A stretch of 64,000 nt of DNA from Microthrixaceae bacterium (GTDB lineage: Bacteria > Actinomycetota > Acidimicrobiia > Acidimicrobiales > Microtrichaceae), in contig JBARXY010000008.1 of the NCBI GenBank assembly GCA_049647585.1, positions 2,024 through 66,023 on the forward strand. Reading direction: 5' to 3'. The notes beneath the pieces are model-generated. The model was not told where the DNA came from. It made no database searches and saw only the letters and a program-made list of their open reading frames with translations. How positions within the stretch are numbered: position 1 is the first letter of the stretch; each line of letters starts with the position of its first letter. The position numbers were made by a program, and so were the translations under genes. This document shows positions 53,205 through 62,582 of the stretch, one piece after another.

Positions 53205-53639
53205 ATGTTCGCTAAGAAGCTTGGTCCGGTTGCCGCTGGAGTTTGTGCGCTGATTCTGGTCAGCGGATGTGGAAGTTCGGATGCCTCCGCAAAGGCGTCG
53301 GACAAGGCCTCCGGGGCCTCAGATACCGAGGAAACGGTCAACTGGACCGACAAGACCGGTCAGGGTGCCGTTGAGATCGATGCTCGGGACAATTCGTTCA
53401 ACGCAAAGTTCGTCACTGTTTCGCCCGGCACAAAGGTGACCTTCGACAACAAGGGTCGTAACCCGCACAACGTCATCGCAGTCGACAAGGGCAAATTCGA
53501 GACGGTCGAAGTCCAGGACTTCCAGCCGGGCGACACCGACGTTCGCACCTTCGACGAGCCCGGAGAGTACGCCTACTACTGCAGCCTCCATGGAACGCCG
53601 ACCAAGGGCATGGTCGGCCGTATCAAGGTCGTCGAGTAG
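53205..53639 (+). CDS. plastocyanin/azurin-like blue copper lipoprotein
   Basis: The lipobox is LILVSGCGS. Type-1 copper ligands are GRNPHNV and YYCSLHGTPTKGMVG. Confidence 0.85.
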   Translation: MFAKKLGPVAAGVCALILVSGCGSSDASAKASDKASGASDTEETVNWTDKTGQGAVEIDARDNSFNAKFVTVSPGTKVTFDNKGRNPHNVIAVDKGKFETVEVQDFQPGDTDVRTFDEPGEYAYYCSLHGTPTKGMVGRIKVVE

Positions 53640-53675
53640 ATCTGAGTACCCGACCCCGGCCCCGGTGGCGGCCGG

Positions 53676-54797
53676 TTACCCGGTGAACAGGGATTCCTCG
53701 CCACGGTTGGACGACAGGGCGCACACGACTTCGCGGTGCAGACAGAGTTCGATCTCCTGCACCAGAGCCTTCTGGTGCCAAGCGTTGATGAAGTCGGAGT
53801 GCAACCCGTTGATTCCGCCGGACGCCAGGCTGAGGTCGTGGCCGGAGCCACTGATCGGATACGTGATCGCGAAGGTGAGCTGCGGAACGTGAACCGGATG
53901 GCTCGCCGGGCACAACCCCCCGGAGCTGTTCGCCATGTGGGATCGATGATCCGCAGTGTCTGTATTGATCCCGTCCCAGCAGTCGGGGAACGTGATCACG
54001 CCGCGCAACGGCGCCGAGGCAGGGCAATCCGGAGGTACGGCGAATTGGATCGACGAGGTCCCGCAGCTCCAGCCCGCAAGGTCAGGTGATTGTGGAGCCT
54101 CGGCGGTCGCATCTGCGTTGCCGGCGATGATCATCAGTCCGGGCGGATAAGCCTTGACCAACTTCGGGTCGACCCCCTTGCCTGCCCGGTAGTAGGCGGT
54201 CGACTTGGTGGGCGTGACGGCTTGGCCATGATCTCTTAGCTCCGGAGCCCAGTAGGCCGCCGTGTCGAGCTGCTTCTTACAGGTCGTGCCGCCCTTCAGG
54301 AGCGAGGCGAGCGTCGATGCGGAATCCGTCGTGGTGTTGCCGAAGAAGTTGTGCATATGGGAGTGGCCGACGGAGTGGCCCGCTGCACCTGAGGCCGCAT
54401 TCGCATCGGTCCCGCCATCTGCTGGGCTGGGATGGGCAGATCCGAGATGGGCTGAATGTTCGGCGGCGGTTCCGGATCCGGGCTTGGAGGGATTGCTCGG
54501 AAAAACAATCGGATCGTCCGGGGCCGAATGGCTAAGCGCGCAATCCGTGACGAACTGCCCGACGACTCCTTGGGGGCCGGTGTGTCGCGCCGGGGCCAAG
54601 GCCCCCGTGGCAGGAAGGTTGTCTACGTTGCTCTGCAGCTCCGGGTTGCTCTGCAGGTCCGGGTTGCTCTGCAGTTCCGGACGCGGCGCAGACGTGCCCG
54701 GTCCGAGAACCGCAGCGTTTGAATCGGTGCAAGCACCCAGCATCAGTCCAGCCACCAGAATGGCGGCCGGACCGATCACCGACCGTATCGAGATCAT
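53676..54797 (-). CDS. DUF1996-domain lipoprotein
   Basis: The lipobox is LMLGACT. DDPIVFP ... HSHMHNFFGN......TCKKQLDTAAYWAPEL matches the DUF1996 signature. There is an 18-bp x3 coding repeat (PELQSN). The ATG overlaps the stop of the upstream gene (ATGA). Confidence 0.75.
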   Translation of the reverse strand: MISIRSVIGPAAILVAGLMLGACTDSNAAVLGPGTSAPRPELQSNPDLQSNPELQSNVDNLPATGALAPARHTGPQGVVGQFVTDCALSHSAPDDPIVFPSNPSKPGSGTAAEHSAHLGSAHPSPADGGTDANAASGAAGHSVGHSHMHNFFGNTTTDSASTLASLLKGGTTCKKQLDTAAYWAPELRDHGQAVTPTKSTAYYRAGKGVDPKLVKAYPPGLMIIAGNADATAEAPQSPDLAGWSCGTSSIQFAVPPDCPASAPLRGVITFPDCWDGINTDTADHRSHMANSSGGLCPASHPVHVPQLTFAITYPISGSGHDLSLASGGINGLHSDFINAWHQKALVQEIELCLHREVVCALSSNRGEESLFTG

Positions 54798-56239
54798 GCG
54801 TCTGCCGGCTTCTCCGGGACCGCGATCTTCGAGACGTCAACCTTCTGGGGTCCCTTGAACCCGCCTGCAGGTGCGGCAGTAGCCGCCTTTGGCATGTTGT
54901 CCTGCTCTGCTGGGATCGGGGTCTTGTGGTACGTGTCATCCGGAGGCTTGGGAGCCGGGTTGCCCATCAGGTTCAACAGGTCCAGTGCTCCGGCGTTCCA
55001 GTCGCCGTTGTTGCCATCGCTGCCACAGGGTGCCAGGTCCTCGAGTCCGATCGGGGCCGAAACCTTGAAGGTGTTGTCCGAGAAGCAGTTGCCCAGCGTC
55101 TCGGTGGTCTCGCCGGTGCCGAGCAGGTCGACCGTGCCGACCGCCAGGTCAGCAACCCGTGAATCCTCGATGACGTTTTCCTTGATGACATTGTCGAATG
55201 GATTCCAGAAGACGACGCAGCCCTTGAGGAGCCCTTCCACCGACTTGCACTTGTCGGCGGGGATGGGCGGAACCTCTTTGTCGGCGGTCTCGGAGCAGGG
55301 GGTGTCCCATTCGGTGTGTGCGGGAGGAAGGTCGTTGGCGTCTTCTTCGGGGAATGGCACGAGGCCGATGCCGGTGCGGTCATGGTCCCAGACCAGGTTC
55401 CGCTCGACGGTGTTCTGCACTCCACCTGCGACGAGGATTCCGTTACCCATCGCGAGAAGTGACACAGAAATGCCGGGTGCGTCCTGCTGGTTGTTCGAGT
55501 GGACCAGGTTTCCGACGACCGTGGTCTTCCGCTCGGGGTAGCAGAGCTCGTAGCTACCGCTGTTGGGGACGATGCCCGCACGGTTGAAGCGGAACGTGGA
55601 GTTGAGGATGTAGAGATCCCCGCCCGAGTTGGTGCCGGAGTAACCGAGACCGTTGTACTCGCTCACAACGTTGTCGATCAGGGCGTTGCACTTGTAGCAC
55701 TCGCCGATGTAGAAGCCGGCGTCCGGGCTACCCGAGGCATAGGAGTTGTCGAGTTGCCCGTTGACCGAGTCGAAGGCGTATACGCCGTAGTCGCCGTTGC
55801 GGTATGCGGTCAGGTACGACCCGCGGTATCCGTCCACTCCGGTCCAGAAGAAACCGTTGGAGGTGTAGTTCCTGGCAGTCATGTTCTCGATCACGACTCC
55901 GCCCGATTCCAGCACCCGGATGCCGTTCTCGAGTTTGAACTCTCCGTCGAGGATCACCTTGTTGCGGTCGAGCCCTCGGATCGTGATGTTCTCGGTAGAG
56001 ACGTTGACGGCCTCCTTGTAGGTCCCGGGGCTCACCAGAACCAAGTCGCCGGGTGACGCTGCGTCGACCGCCTCTTGGATCGTCTTGTACTTGGCGGGTA
56101 CGGCAAGGGTCGCCGGCTCGTTTGCACCGGTGTCCTTGGAGTTGTCCTTCGCCCCGTCGTCGGCACTGCTGCAGGCGCCTGCCACAAGTGCCACTGCAGC
56201 GACAATCGTTGCCAGAAGCTGGAAACGTCTTCTACTCAT
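54794..56239 (-). CDS. right-handed parallel beta-helix (NosD-like) lipoprotein
   Basis: The signal peptide is MSRRRFQLLATIVAAVALVAGACSS. Beta-helix repeats are present (ITIRGL, VVIENMTARNY, GVYAFDSVNGQLDNSYASGSPDAGFYIGEC, NGLGYSGTNSGG, LNSTFRFNRAGI). The start at ATG 56239 was chosen over the 770-aa ORF, whose upstream part is antisense to a NUDIX gene. Confidence 0.8.
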   Translation of the reverse strand: MSRRRFQLLATIVAAVALVAGACSSADDGAKDNSKDTGANEPATLAVPAKYKTIQEAVDAASPGDLVLVSPGTYKEAVNVSTENITIRGLDRNKVILDGEFKLENGIRVLESGGVVIENMTARNYTSNGFFWTGVDGYRGSYLTAYRNGDYGVYAFDSVNGQLDNSYASGSPDAGFYIGECYKCNALIDNVVSEYNGLGYSGTNSGGDLYILNSTFRFNRAGIVPNSGSYELCYPERKTTVVGNLVHSNNQQDAPGISVSLLAMGNGILVAGGVQNTVERNLVWDHDRTGIGLVPFPEEDANDLPPAHTEWDTPCSETADKEVPPIPADKCKSVEGLLKGCVVFWNPFDNVIKENVIEDSRVADLAVGTVDLLGTGETTETLGNCFSDNTFKVSAPIGLEDLAPCGSDGNNGDWNAGALDLLNLMGNPAPKPPDDTYHKTPIPAEQDNMPKAATAAPAGGFKGPQKVDVSKIAVPEKPADA

Positions 56240-56371
56240 CTTGGGAATCCCCCTGGATTTGTCGATCTCGGCTGACCGACGAACGGAATATAGCCGTCGA
56301 AGTATCGACAGAGTGGACTTGGAGAGGCTCCGATGCTGTCCGGTGGTTGCTATTGGGGGCACAATCAGGGG

Positions 56372-56878
56372 ATGCGCGACTGGGTCGTGGGTGGAGCTTT
56401 GATCGAATCCGGTGGTCCGGGCGGCGTGGGTACCCGTGTTCTCCTCGTCGAGAATCAGCGGCGCGGTGGGTCGCGGGACTGGACCACTCCGGGCGGCGTC
56501 ATCGACGAGGGCGAGGAACTCTTGGAAGGCCTCGGGCGCGAAGTCCGCGAGGAGACGGGACTCGAGGTCGTGTCCTGGAGCGGACTTCTTTACGAGGTCC
56601 GTGTGCAGGCTCCCGGGCTGGGATGGCGTCTCCAGGTTGAGGTCCACCGTGCCGTCGACGTCGAGGGCGAGCTGTGCGTGGGTCAGGATCCCGACGGAAT
56701 CGTCGTGGGTGCCGATTGGACCAGCCGTGATGACTGTCCCGGTCTGCTTCGCGCCGGTCCTTCCTGGGTCCACGAGCCACTGTCGGCGTGGCTGAAGGAT
56801 GAGTTCGACTCCCCACGCCGCTTTGACTACGAGGTGGACGGAAGCTCCATGGCCGACCTGACGGTCCGACGTGTCTGA
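56372..56878 (+). CDS. NUDIX hydrolase
   Basis: The Nudix box is GGVIDEGEELLEGLGREVREETGLEV. The start is either 56333 or 56372. Confidence 0.75.
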   Translation: MRDWVVGGALIESGGPGGVGTRVLLVENQRRGGSRDWTTPGGVIDEGEELLEGLGREVREETGLEVVSWSGLLYEVRVQAPGLGWRLQVEVHRAVDVEGELCVGQDPDGIVVGADWTSRDDCPGLLRAGPSWVHEPLSAWLKDEFDSPRRFDYEVDGSSMADLTVRRV

Positions 56879-56892
56879 ACAGGCAGGAAGTT

Positions 56893-58191
56893 GTGTACGG
56901 GCCCATGACCGCTGATGCCTTTGACGGCGTCGGGGGCCGCGTGATTCTCCATGTCGACATGGACGCGTTCTTCGTGTCGGTCGAACTGCTGCGCCGCCCG
57001 GAGCTTCGTGGTCAACCGGTTGTTGTCGGCGGCACCGGTGCCCGTGGGGTGGTTGCGGCCGCTTCCTATGAGGCCCGGGCCTTCGGAATTCACTCGGCCA
57101 TGCCATCAGTCAGAGCCCGTCGACTCTGCCCTCATCTGGTGTTTCTCGCGGGGGACCACAAGCACTACAGCGTGATTTCTGCCCAGATCAACGACCTGTT
57201 CACCCAGGTCACCCCACTGGTCGAGCCGTTGAGTCTCGACGAGGCCTTCTTGGATCTCTCGGGTAGCGGTAGAGCCCTCGGGAGACCTCACCAAGTGGCC
57301 GAGCGCCTGCGAACCCGGATCTTCGAAGAGGTGGGGCTGACCAGCTCGATGGGTATCGCCCGGAACAAATTTCTTGCGAAGCTCGCTACCAATAGGGCCA
57401 AGCCCCAGCCGTCGCGCTCGGGTCCTGTGAGTGGTCCCGGGGTATTCGTGCTTGAGCCAGAGGCGGAGCGGGAATTTCTGGAGAAGCTGCCGATCGAGCG
57501 CCTTTGGGGTGTCGGGCCCGCAACGCTCGCGAAGTTATCGCCGTTGCAGGTCCGTTCCGTCGGTGACCTGTCGAGAACCCCGCACGCACTACTCGCGGGT
57601 GCCATCGGGGCGAGCAGCGCCACCAGGCTTTCGGAACTGTCCCGGGGTGTGGACGACCGGCCTGTGGTGCCGAACGCCGAACCCAAGTCGATAAGTCATG
57701 AAGAGACCTTCAGCCGAGATCTGGTCTCGATGGACGAGCTCCGTACCGAACTGATCCGTCAGTCTGAAGCTGTGGCGACCCGGATGAGAGCTCTCGGGTT
57801 CAGGGGTCGCACAGTCCAACTGAAACTCCGCTACCAGGACTTTCGAACTCTCACCCGTTCACACACCGTCGACAACCCGACCGATCGGGGCACCGAGATC
57901 GTCGATACGGCGTGGACGATGCTCCTGCGCCTTCCGGTCGAAGGCGGTATCCGGTTGATCGGGGTGGGCGTCACCAACCTCACAAAAGAGCCTGTCCTGG
58001 AACAGCTGAGCTTCGACGATCTACTTGGTCAGAGCGCCAGTGGCGATCACCGGGCGTGGGATGGAGCCAACTCCGCTGTCGATGAGATTCGGTCGAAATT
58101 TGGCTCCGGAGTCATTGGTCCCGCGCGCCTTTCGGGTAGGTATCGTTCTGCTGGAGATCACCAATGGGGTCCGGATCAGGACAACGAATAG
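56893..58191 (+). CDS. dinB: DNA polymerase IV
   Basis: Motifs: ILHVDMDAFFVSVE, EPLSLDEAFLD, GIARNKFLAKLA. Y-family little-finger region. Confidence 0.92.
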   Translation: MYGPMTADAFDGVGGRVILHVDMDAFFVSVELLRRPELRGQPVVVGGTGARGVVAAASYEARAFGIHSAMPSVRARRLCPHLVFLAGDHKHYSVISAQINDLFTQVTPLVEPLSLDEAFLDLSGSGRALGRPHQVAERLRTRIFEEVGLTSSMGIARNKFLAKLATNRAKPQPSRSGPVSGPGVFVLEPEAEREFLEKLPIERLWGVGPATLAKLSPLQVRSVGDLSRTPHALLAGAIGASSATRLSELSRGVDDRPVVPNAEPKSISHEETFSRDLVSMDELRTELIRQSEAVATRMRALGFRGRTVQLKLRYQDFRTLTRSHTVDNPTDRGTEIVDTAWTMLLRLPVEGGIRLIGVGVTNLTKEPVLEQLSFDDLLGQSASGDHRAWDGANSAVDEIRSKFGSGVIGPARLSGRYRSAGDHQWGPDQDNE

Positions 58192-58325
58192 ACGAATAAA
58201 GTGAGGACGACGAGACGGACGCCTCTCCCAGCCGGTACCGTGGGGGTTTGTTGGCAAAGAATCTGCAGCGAGAAATTCTGGGTCGATGAAAGTTCGTGTG
58301 AACGTAAGCGAGGAGGTGTCGGCCG

Positions 58326-58715
58326 ATGCCGCTCTCTGAAGAAGAGCAGCGAATTCTCGGCGAGATAGAGGCAAACCTGCGCGCCAGCGATCCTGACTTG
58401 GCCCGACAGGTTGGTTCTACGACCGTATACAGCGAGCTCTCCCGCCGTCTCAAGTGGGGTGTGGTTGCGTTCGTAGCTGCGCTGATCGCGTCGGTTCTGC
58501 TGCTGACTATCAACTATCTACTGGCCTTCGTAGGGTTCCTGGCTGTTTTCGCTGCAGCCGTTTTCGTCGAGAACAACGCTCGTCGGTTGGGCAAGGCGGG
58601 GGTCAACGACGCTACGCGGGCAATCCGGGGCGGCGGACTCAAGGGCTACTTCAACGATGCCGGACACCGCGCCAAGGACCGTCTCAAGAGAGACCAGGAC
58701 GAAGAACAAGGCTGA
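58326..58715 (+). CDS. DUF3040-family membrane protein
   Basis: MPLSEEEQRILGEIEANLRASDP followed by two TM helices. Confidence 0.85.
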   Translation: MPLSEEEQRILGEIEANLRASDPDLARQVGSTTVYSELSRRLKWGVVAFVAALIASVLLLTINYLLAFVGFLAVFAAAVFVENNARRLGKAGVNDATRAIRGGGLKGYFNDAGHRAKDRLKRDQDEEQG

Positions 58716-58755
58716 GCCGACGGACCGGATTCGGGGCCACAGGTCTCGAGCGCCC

Positions 58756-58809
58756 CGGGTCCGAAGCCGCCGGGTCCGAAGCCGCTGGGTCCGAAGCCGC
58801 CGGGTCAGG
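58756..58809. repeat. 15-bp tandem repeat x3.6
   Basis: CGGGTCCGAAGCCGC, CGGGTCCGAAGCCGC, TGGGTCCGAAGCCGC, CGGGTCAGG. The last unit contains the stop codon of the transglutaminase gene. Confidence 0.9.
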
Positions 58810-61210
58810 ATCTGATGAGGCGTTCCAAACGCTCCAGGCGATTCGACAAGCGTCTGGTCCAGGAGATGATCCTCCGGGCTGCCAGTTCCACCTGATCGGT
58901 ATCGCGAGACTCCGCATTGGTCCGTTCATGGGTCAATTCTGAATCGACTTCTGAATCGGCTTCCGGGCCGTACCGGCGGAAGGTTTCGGCGTCGGCAAGT
59001 AGACGAAGGTCCGAATCCGGAGTTGCCGAGACCCCGGATTCGGGATCGACGTAGACAAGCTCTGGGTGGGCCTCTGCCATCTCCATCAGGCGGACCTCGG
59101 CGCGCCCGGCGAACTCCAGCGGCGTGTCGGTCGGTTGGTTGTCAATACCGGCAAGCGTGAGTGCTCGTAGGCAGTCCTCCCACGAATTCCGTACCCTCTG
59201 GGCTGGTCCACAGATATCGGTCGACCCGCCACGTGGGCGCTTGCGGTAACGATGAAGGGCCGCGCCACACAACAGCAGGACGGCCACGGCGAATACGGCG
59301 ACACCTCGCTGCGAAACCAGACCGCCGACCGGCGTCTGTCGCGAATCTGGACCCGAATCGTCAGCAGCAACCGTTGTCGGCGGTGCCGCTGGAGGAGTGC
59401 TCGTCGGGGACGGGACCGAGGTCGACGGTTCTGTAGTTTCGTTCCCCGGTGCCGGGAGTGGGGCCTGGGCTCCTTGAATTCCCGTGTAAGTCGTTGCCGC
59501 AGGGTTGCCTCGACCCGGTGTGGGTTCGAACGGGACCCAGCCGAAGTCTGCGAAGTACACCTCGGGCCAAGCATGGGCATGCCTGCCGCGGACCGAGTAC
59601 TCGAACTCGGAAGACCCTTCAGGGCCGCTCGAATCCGAAGTCACCAGATCTCCCTGGGTGAATCCGACTGCGACCCGACTGGGCAGGCCCGCATAGCGGG
59701 CGAGTAGGGCGAACGTGGACGAGAACTGTTGGCAGAAGCCCCTCCGCTGGGCGATGAACTGCTCAAGTGGGTCCGCAGCCTTGCTGTAGTCGACGCTCTC
59801 GTCATAGGTGAACGTCGACCTGAACCAATCCTGGAGCAGGACCATCTTCTGATAGGGATCACGGGTCTGTCCCGTGACGCCGTCGAAGGTGCGCCGCAGT
59901 CGGAGTGAAATCTCGGGGACCTCCAGGAGTTCTGGATCCAGGGCTGAGTTGTCACCGCCACCGACCGAGCCCCGCTCTTGGATCGTCGAGAAGTCGGGAA
60001 TGTACGAATCGACCGTGTAGGTGAATTCACGCGAGTCCTCATCGTCGTTGATGAGTGACGACGACGCCGGATCGTAGGTTGCGGTCACGTCGCCGGCGAT
60101 CTGTCCGGGCTCGAACGCCGCTGGCAGCCAGGGGCCCGAGAGATTTAGCAGTTGATAGTCCTGGCGTAGACGGGTGACGGGTAGCGATCTTGCCGTACTG
60201 CGCTCGATGCGGCCCCTGATCGGCGAGTAGGTCCCATGCGACACCCAGATATTGCGTTTCTCATCGAAGGATCCGAGGGCGGTGAGGCGCCAGTAGGAGG
60301 GGTTGTCGGAGCGGATTCTGAACATCTCGGAGTTGCTCCGGGGACCGAGCAGGGAAGTGACTCCGACGAAAGGGCTTACGACGGTACGTTCTCCGGGACC
60401 TTGACCGATCTTGCGAAGATCGATTCGGCGGGACTGATCAGGAAGTGCCACCCCGGCAACCAGGGCGAAGATTCCGCCCACGACTGCGATGGCCGCAGCG
60501 GATCGTGCCACCGAACTGGCTCCACGCGACGGGGATCGGTCGGCCCAACGCAGATCTGCAAAACGATCGAACTGCGTTGTGATGGCATAGATGACCAAGG
60601 AGGCAAGGAAGAACACGATCGCCGTCGTCCGGCCTGATTCTTGGGCCGGAATCCCTGCCGCCAGAAACACGAGGGCGAAAGGCGCGGCTGCTTGAACCAC
60701 GGCGTCGACCCGCATGGCTGCTGTGTCGGCGTACAGCACCAAGGTCCAGATGCCGGCCGCGACAGCAATCAGAAACCCGGTTGTGGCCTCGACAGGGGGG
60801 ATCAGACTTCTGATCTCGATGAATGAATTCGTTATTTCGAGCCATGCCGTTGAAAGCGTCCTGGGTAGCGGAACGCCCATCACGGTCGACTCGGGCACAA
60901 AGGTGACGCCGAGGACGACGATGCCGATGATTGTGTGCACAAGTGTTGCCAGCGCGATGTGTGTACCGGCCCGTCGCAGCAGCAACGCCGTCGTCCACGA
61001 CAGGACCGTGACTACTGCAAGTGGAACGAAGAATGCCCAACTGTCGAACAACCGGATGAACCCGGCGACCGTCCCGAGCGCAAGAACCAGAAGTCCCACC
61101 TCGGCAAGGAAGTTCGAGCCGTCTCCGGTATCGAAGGTCCGCGCTGGTTCCTTGGCAGGCCTATCGCCCTTAGTCCGGCGTCCCGGTGTCAACCTCGGTG
61201 CCACCTTCAC
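58805..61210 (-). CDS. transglutaminase-like membrane protein (TgpA-type)
   Basis: The N-terminal half is polytopic. The core is RRGFCQQFSSTFALLARYAGLPSRVAVGF...GRHAHAWPEVYF...GWVPFEPT (Cys-His-Asp). There is a late TM helix and a C-terminal tail. GTG 61210 overlaps the DUF58 stop (GTGA). Confidence 0.85.
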   Translation of the reverse strand: MKVAPRLTPGRRTKGDRPAKEPARTFDTGDGSNFLAEVGLLVLALGTVAGFIRLFDSWAFFVPLAVVTVLSWTTALLLRRAGTHIALATLVHTIIGIVVLGVTFVPESTVMGVPLPRTLSTAWLEITNSFIEIRSLIPPVEATTGFLIAVAAGIWTLVLYADTAAMRVDAVVQAAAPFALVFLAAGIPAQESGRTTAIVFFLASLVIYAITTQFDRFADLRWADRSPSRGASSVARSAAAIAVVGGIFALVAGVALPDQSRRIDLRKIGQGPGERTVVSPFVGVTSLLGPRSNSEMFRIRSDNPSYWRLTALGSFDEKRNIWVSHGTYSPIRGRIERSTARSLPVTRLRQDYQLLNLSGPWLPAAFEPGQIAGDVTATYDPASSSLINDDEDSREFTYTVDSYIPDFSTIQERGSVGGGDNSALDPELLEVPEISLRLRRTFDGVTGQTRDPYQKMVLLQDWFRSTFTYDESVDYSKAADPLEQFIAQRRGFCQQFSSTFALLARYAGLPSRVAVGFTQGDLVTSDSSGPEGSSEFEYSVRGRHAHAWPEVYFADFGWVPFEPTPGRGNPAATTYTGIQGAQAPLPAPGNETTEPSTSVPSPTSTPPAAPPTTVAADDSGPDSRQTPVGGLVSQRGVAVFAVAVLLLCGAALHRYRKRPRGGSTDICGPAQRVRNSWEDCLRALTLAGIDNQPTDTPLEFAGRAEVRLMEMAEAHPELVYVDPESGVSATPDSDLRLLADAETFRRYGPEADSEVDSELTHERTNAESRDTDQVELAARRIISWTRRLSNRLERLERLIRS

Positions 61211-62577
61211 AGGCCACCTGACCGGGTGCGACCGACGAGAGCGCCACTCGACATGTACTCGTACCACGTTGACGTGAGCGACTTGGTGCCGTCCCAGAAC
61301 ATCACCTCGAAATGAGCCGGCCACGATAGCCGGGTCGGGGGCGGTATCGGCGTGGTGGAGGACGGCGTGGTTGATGCCGGCGAGGCGGAGGATGGAGCGG
61401 CGGGTGCCGTCGGCGCTGGTGGCGCGGAGCTTGTCGATATCAGGAGAACGTCGCCGAAGCGCTCCATCTCACGACGCAAATGGTCACCCTGTTTGGCGAC
61501 GTCGCTGGTGGCCCGTGGCGTCACCACGACCAGCCTCCCTCCCGACTGGTTCACTCCCAACTGGTTCCCTCCCAACTGGGCGCTGACACCGAAAGCAGTG
61601 GGCGAGCCGCCACCGATGATCGCGTCCGGGTGCCCCTGACCCTGACCCTGACCCTGATCGAGAACACACAGCTGATCGAGTAAGTGTTCGGCCCGGTCTG
61701 AGTTACCGAGCGTGATGTCGCTGGCGAGGTCCCGCAGGGCAATGTCCCCTTCGCCATCGCTCACCACCAGGACTCTTGTCCGTTCCTCCCTCGAGACGTG
61801 GATCAGGCTCGCTACCACCGACAGGGCACGCTCAAATGCCATTGCGTCGCTCGGGTAGGGCCGGGCGTCGATGACGATGGTCGAATGCCGCTCGGCCATC
61901 GGCTCGTTGCGACGAACGATCGGTCGGCGCATTCGAGCCGTCGAGGGCCAGTGAATGTGTCTGACATCGTCGCCCGGGGTGTATTCGTTCAGCGATGAGA
62001 ACTCGTCGTCGCCCGTGCGGTGGTCGACTCCGGTGGAGCGAAACTGATCACTTCCGGACCTGCTGCTCAGGCCGGCATCCGTGAGGGCCCAGATCTTTGG
62101 GCGAACGGCCACCATCATGTCGGCTGTGTGATTGTTCATCCGGCGAGTGGTCAATCCGAATGGATCGATCGTCGCGCCCTGCATCGGACCCAGCTTCAGA
62201 AGACCCCTGCGGTCTGTCGCAAGTGAGAAAGAACAGGATGCCGTTTCGGCCGGCCGAAGCGGGCCAACCTGAATGCTCGCTGTCTTCTGGCCGTCGATGG
62301 TGTCGACGAATACAACCGCCGGGCTTGGCCGCAGGGAATTGTTCTTCACGACCAACTCGACGGTGCATCCATCACCGACGTTGCACCTCGACGGTGTTAC
62401 GACCCGCTCGACTTCGAGGTCAGGCTTGAGCAGAAGCGATCTGAATGTCGAAGCGAGGATTAAACCCAGTAGCCCGATGGCCAGGGCGCTTGCCTCGGTC
62501 AGCCCGAAAAGCATTCCGGCTATCCCGAGCAGAGCCGCTACCGCGAGCATCTGGATGAGGCGGAACCGGAGGACCAT
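61207..62577 (-). CDS. DUF58-family protein (vWA-like)
   Basis: N-terminal TM hairpin. The motif is EYTPGDDVRHIHWPSTARMRRPIVRRNE. A long low-complexity C-terminal region (GQGQGQG, LGGNQLGVNQSGG) follows. Confidence 0.85.
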   Translation of the reverse strand: MVLRFRLIQMLAVAALLGIAGMLFGLTEASALAIGLLGLILASTFRSLLLKPDLEVERVVTPSRCNVGDGCTVELVVKNNSLRPSPAVVFVDTIDGQKTASIQVGPLRPAETASCSFSLATDRRGLLKLGPMQGATIDPFGLTTRRMNNHTADMMVAVRPKIWALTDAGLSSRSGSDQFRSTGVDHRTGDDEFSSLNEYTPGDDVRHIHWPSTARMRRPIVRRNEPMAERHSTIVIDARPYPSDAMAFERALSVVASLIHVSREERTRVLVVSDGEGDIALRDLASDITLGNSDRAEHLLDQLCVLDQGQGQGQGHPDAIIGGGSPTAFGVSAQLGGNQLGVNQSGGRLVVVTPRATSDVAKQGDHLRREMERFGDVLLISTSSAPPAPTAPAAPSSASPASTTPSSTTPIPPPTRLSWPAHFEVMFWDGTKSLTSTWYEYMSSGALVGRTRSGGL

Positions 62578-62582
62578 CTGAT

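Noticed and set aside
56840-56895. LexA/SOS box upstream of dinB (and upstream of the YdjM-like gene at 14784)
   Set aside because: No TCGAAC-N4-GTTCGA-like palindrome is present in either upstream region.
56240-57106. N-terminal 289 codons of the 770-aa minus-strand ORF
   Set aside because: The upstream part is basic/Pro-rich and lies antisense to a NUDIX gene and the dinB start. A textbook signal peptide and lipobox follow the internal ATG at 56239.
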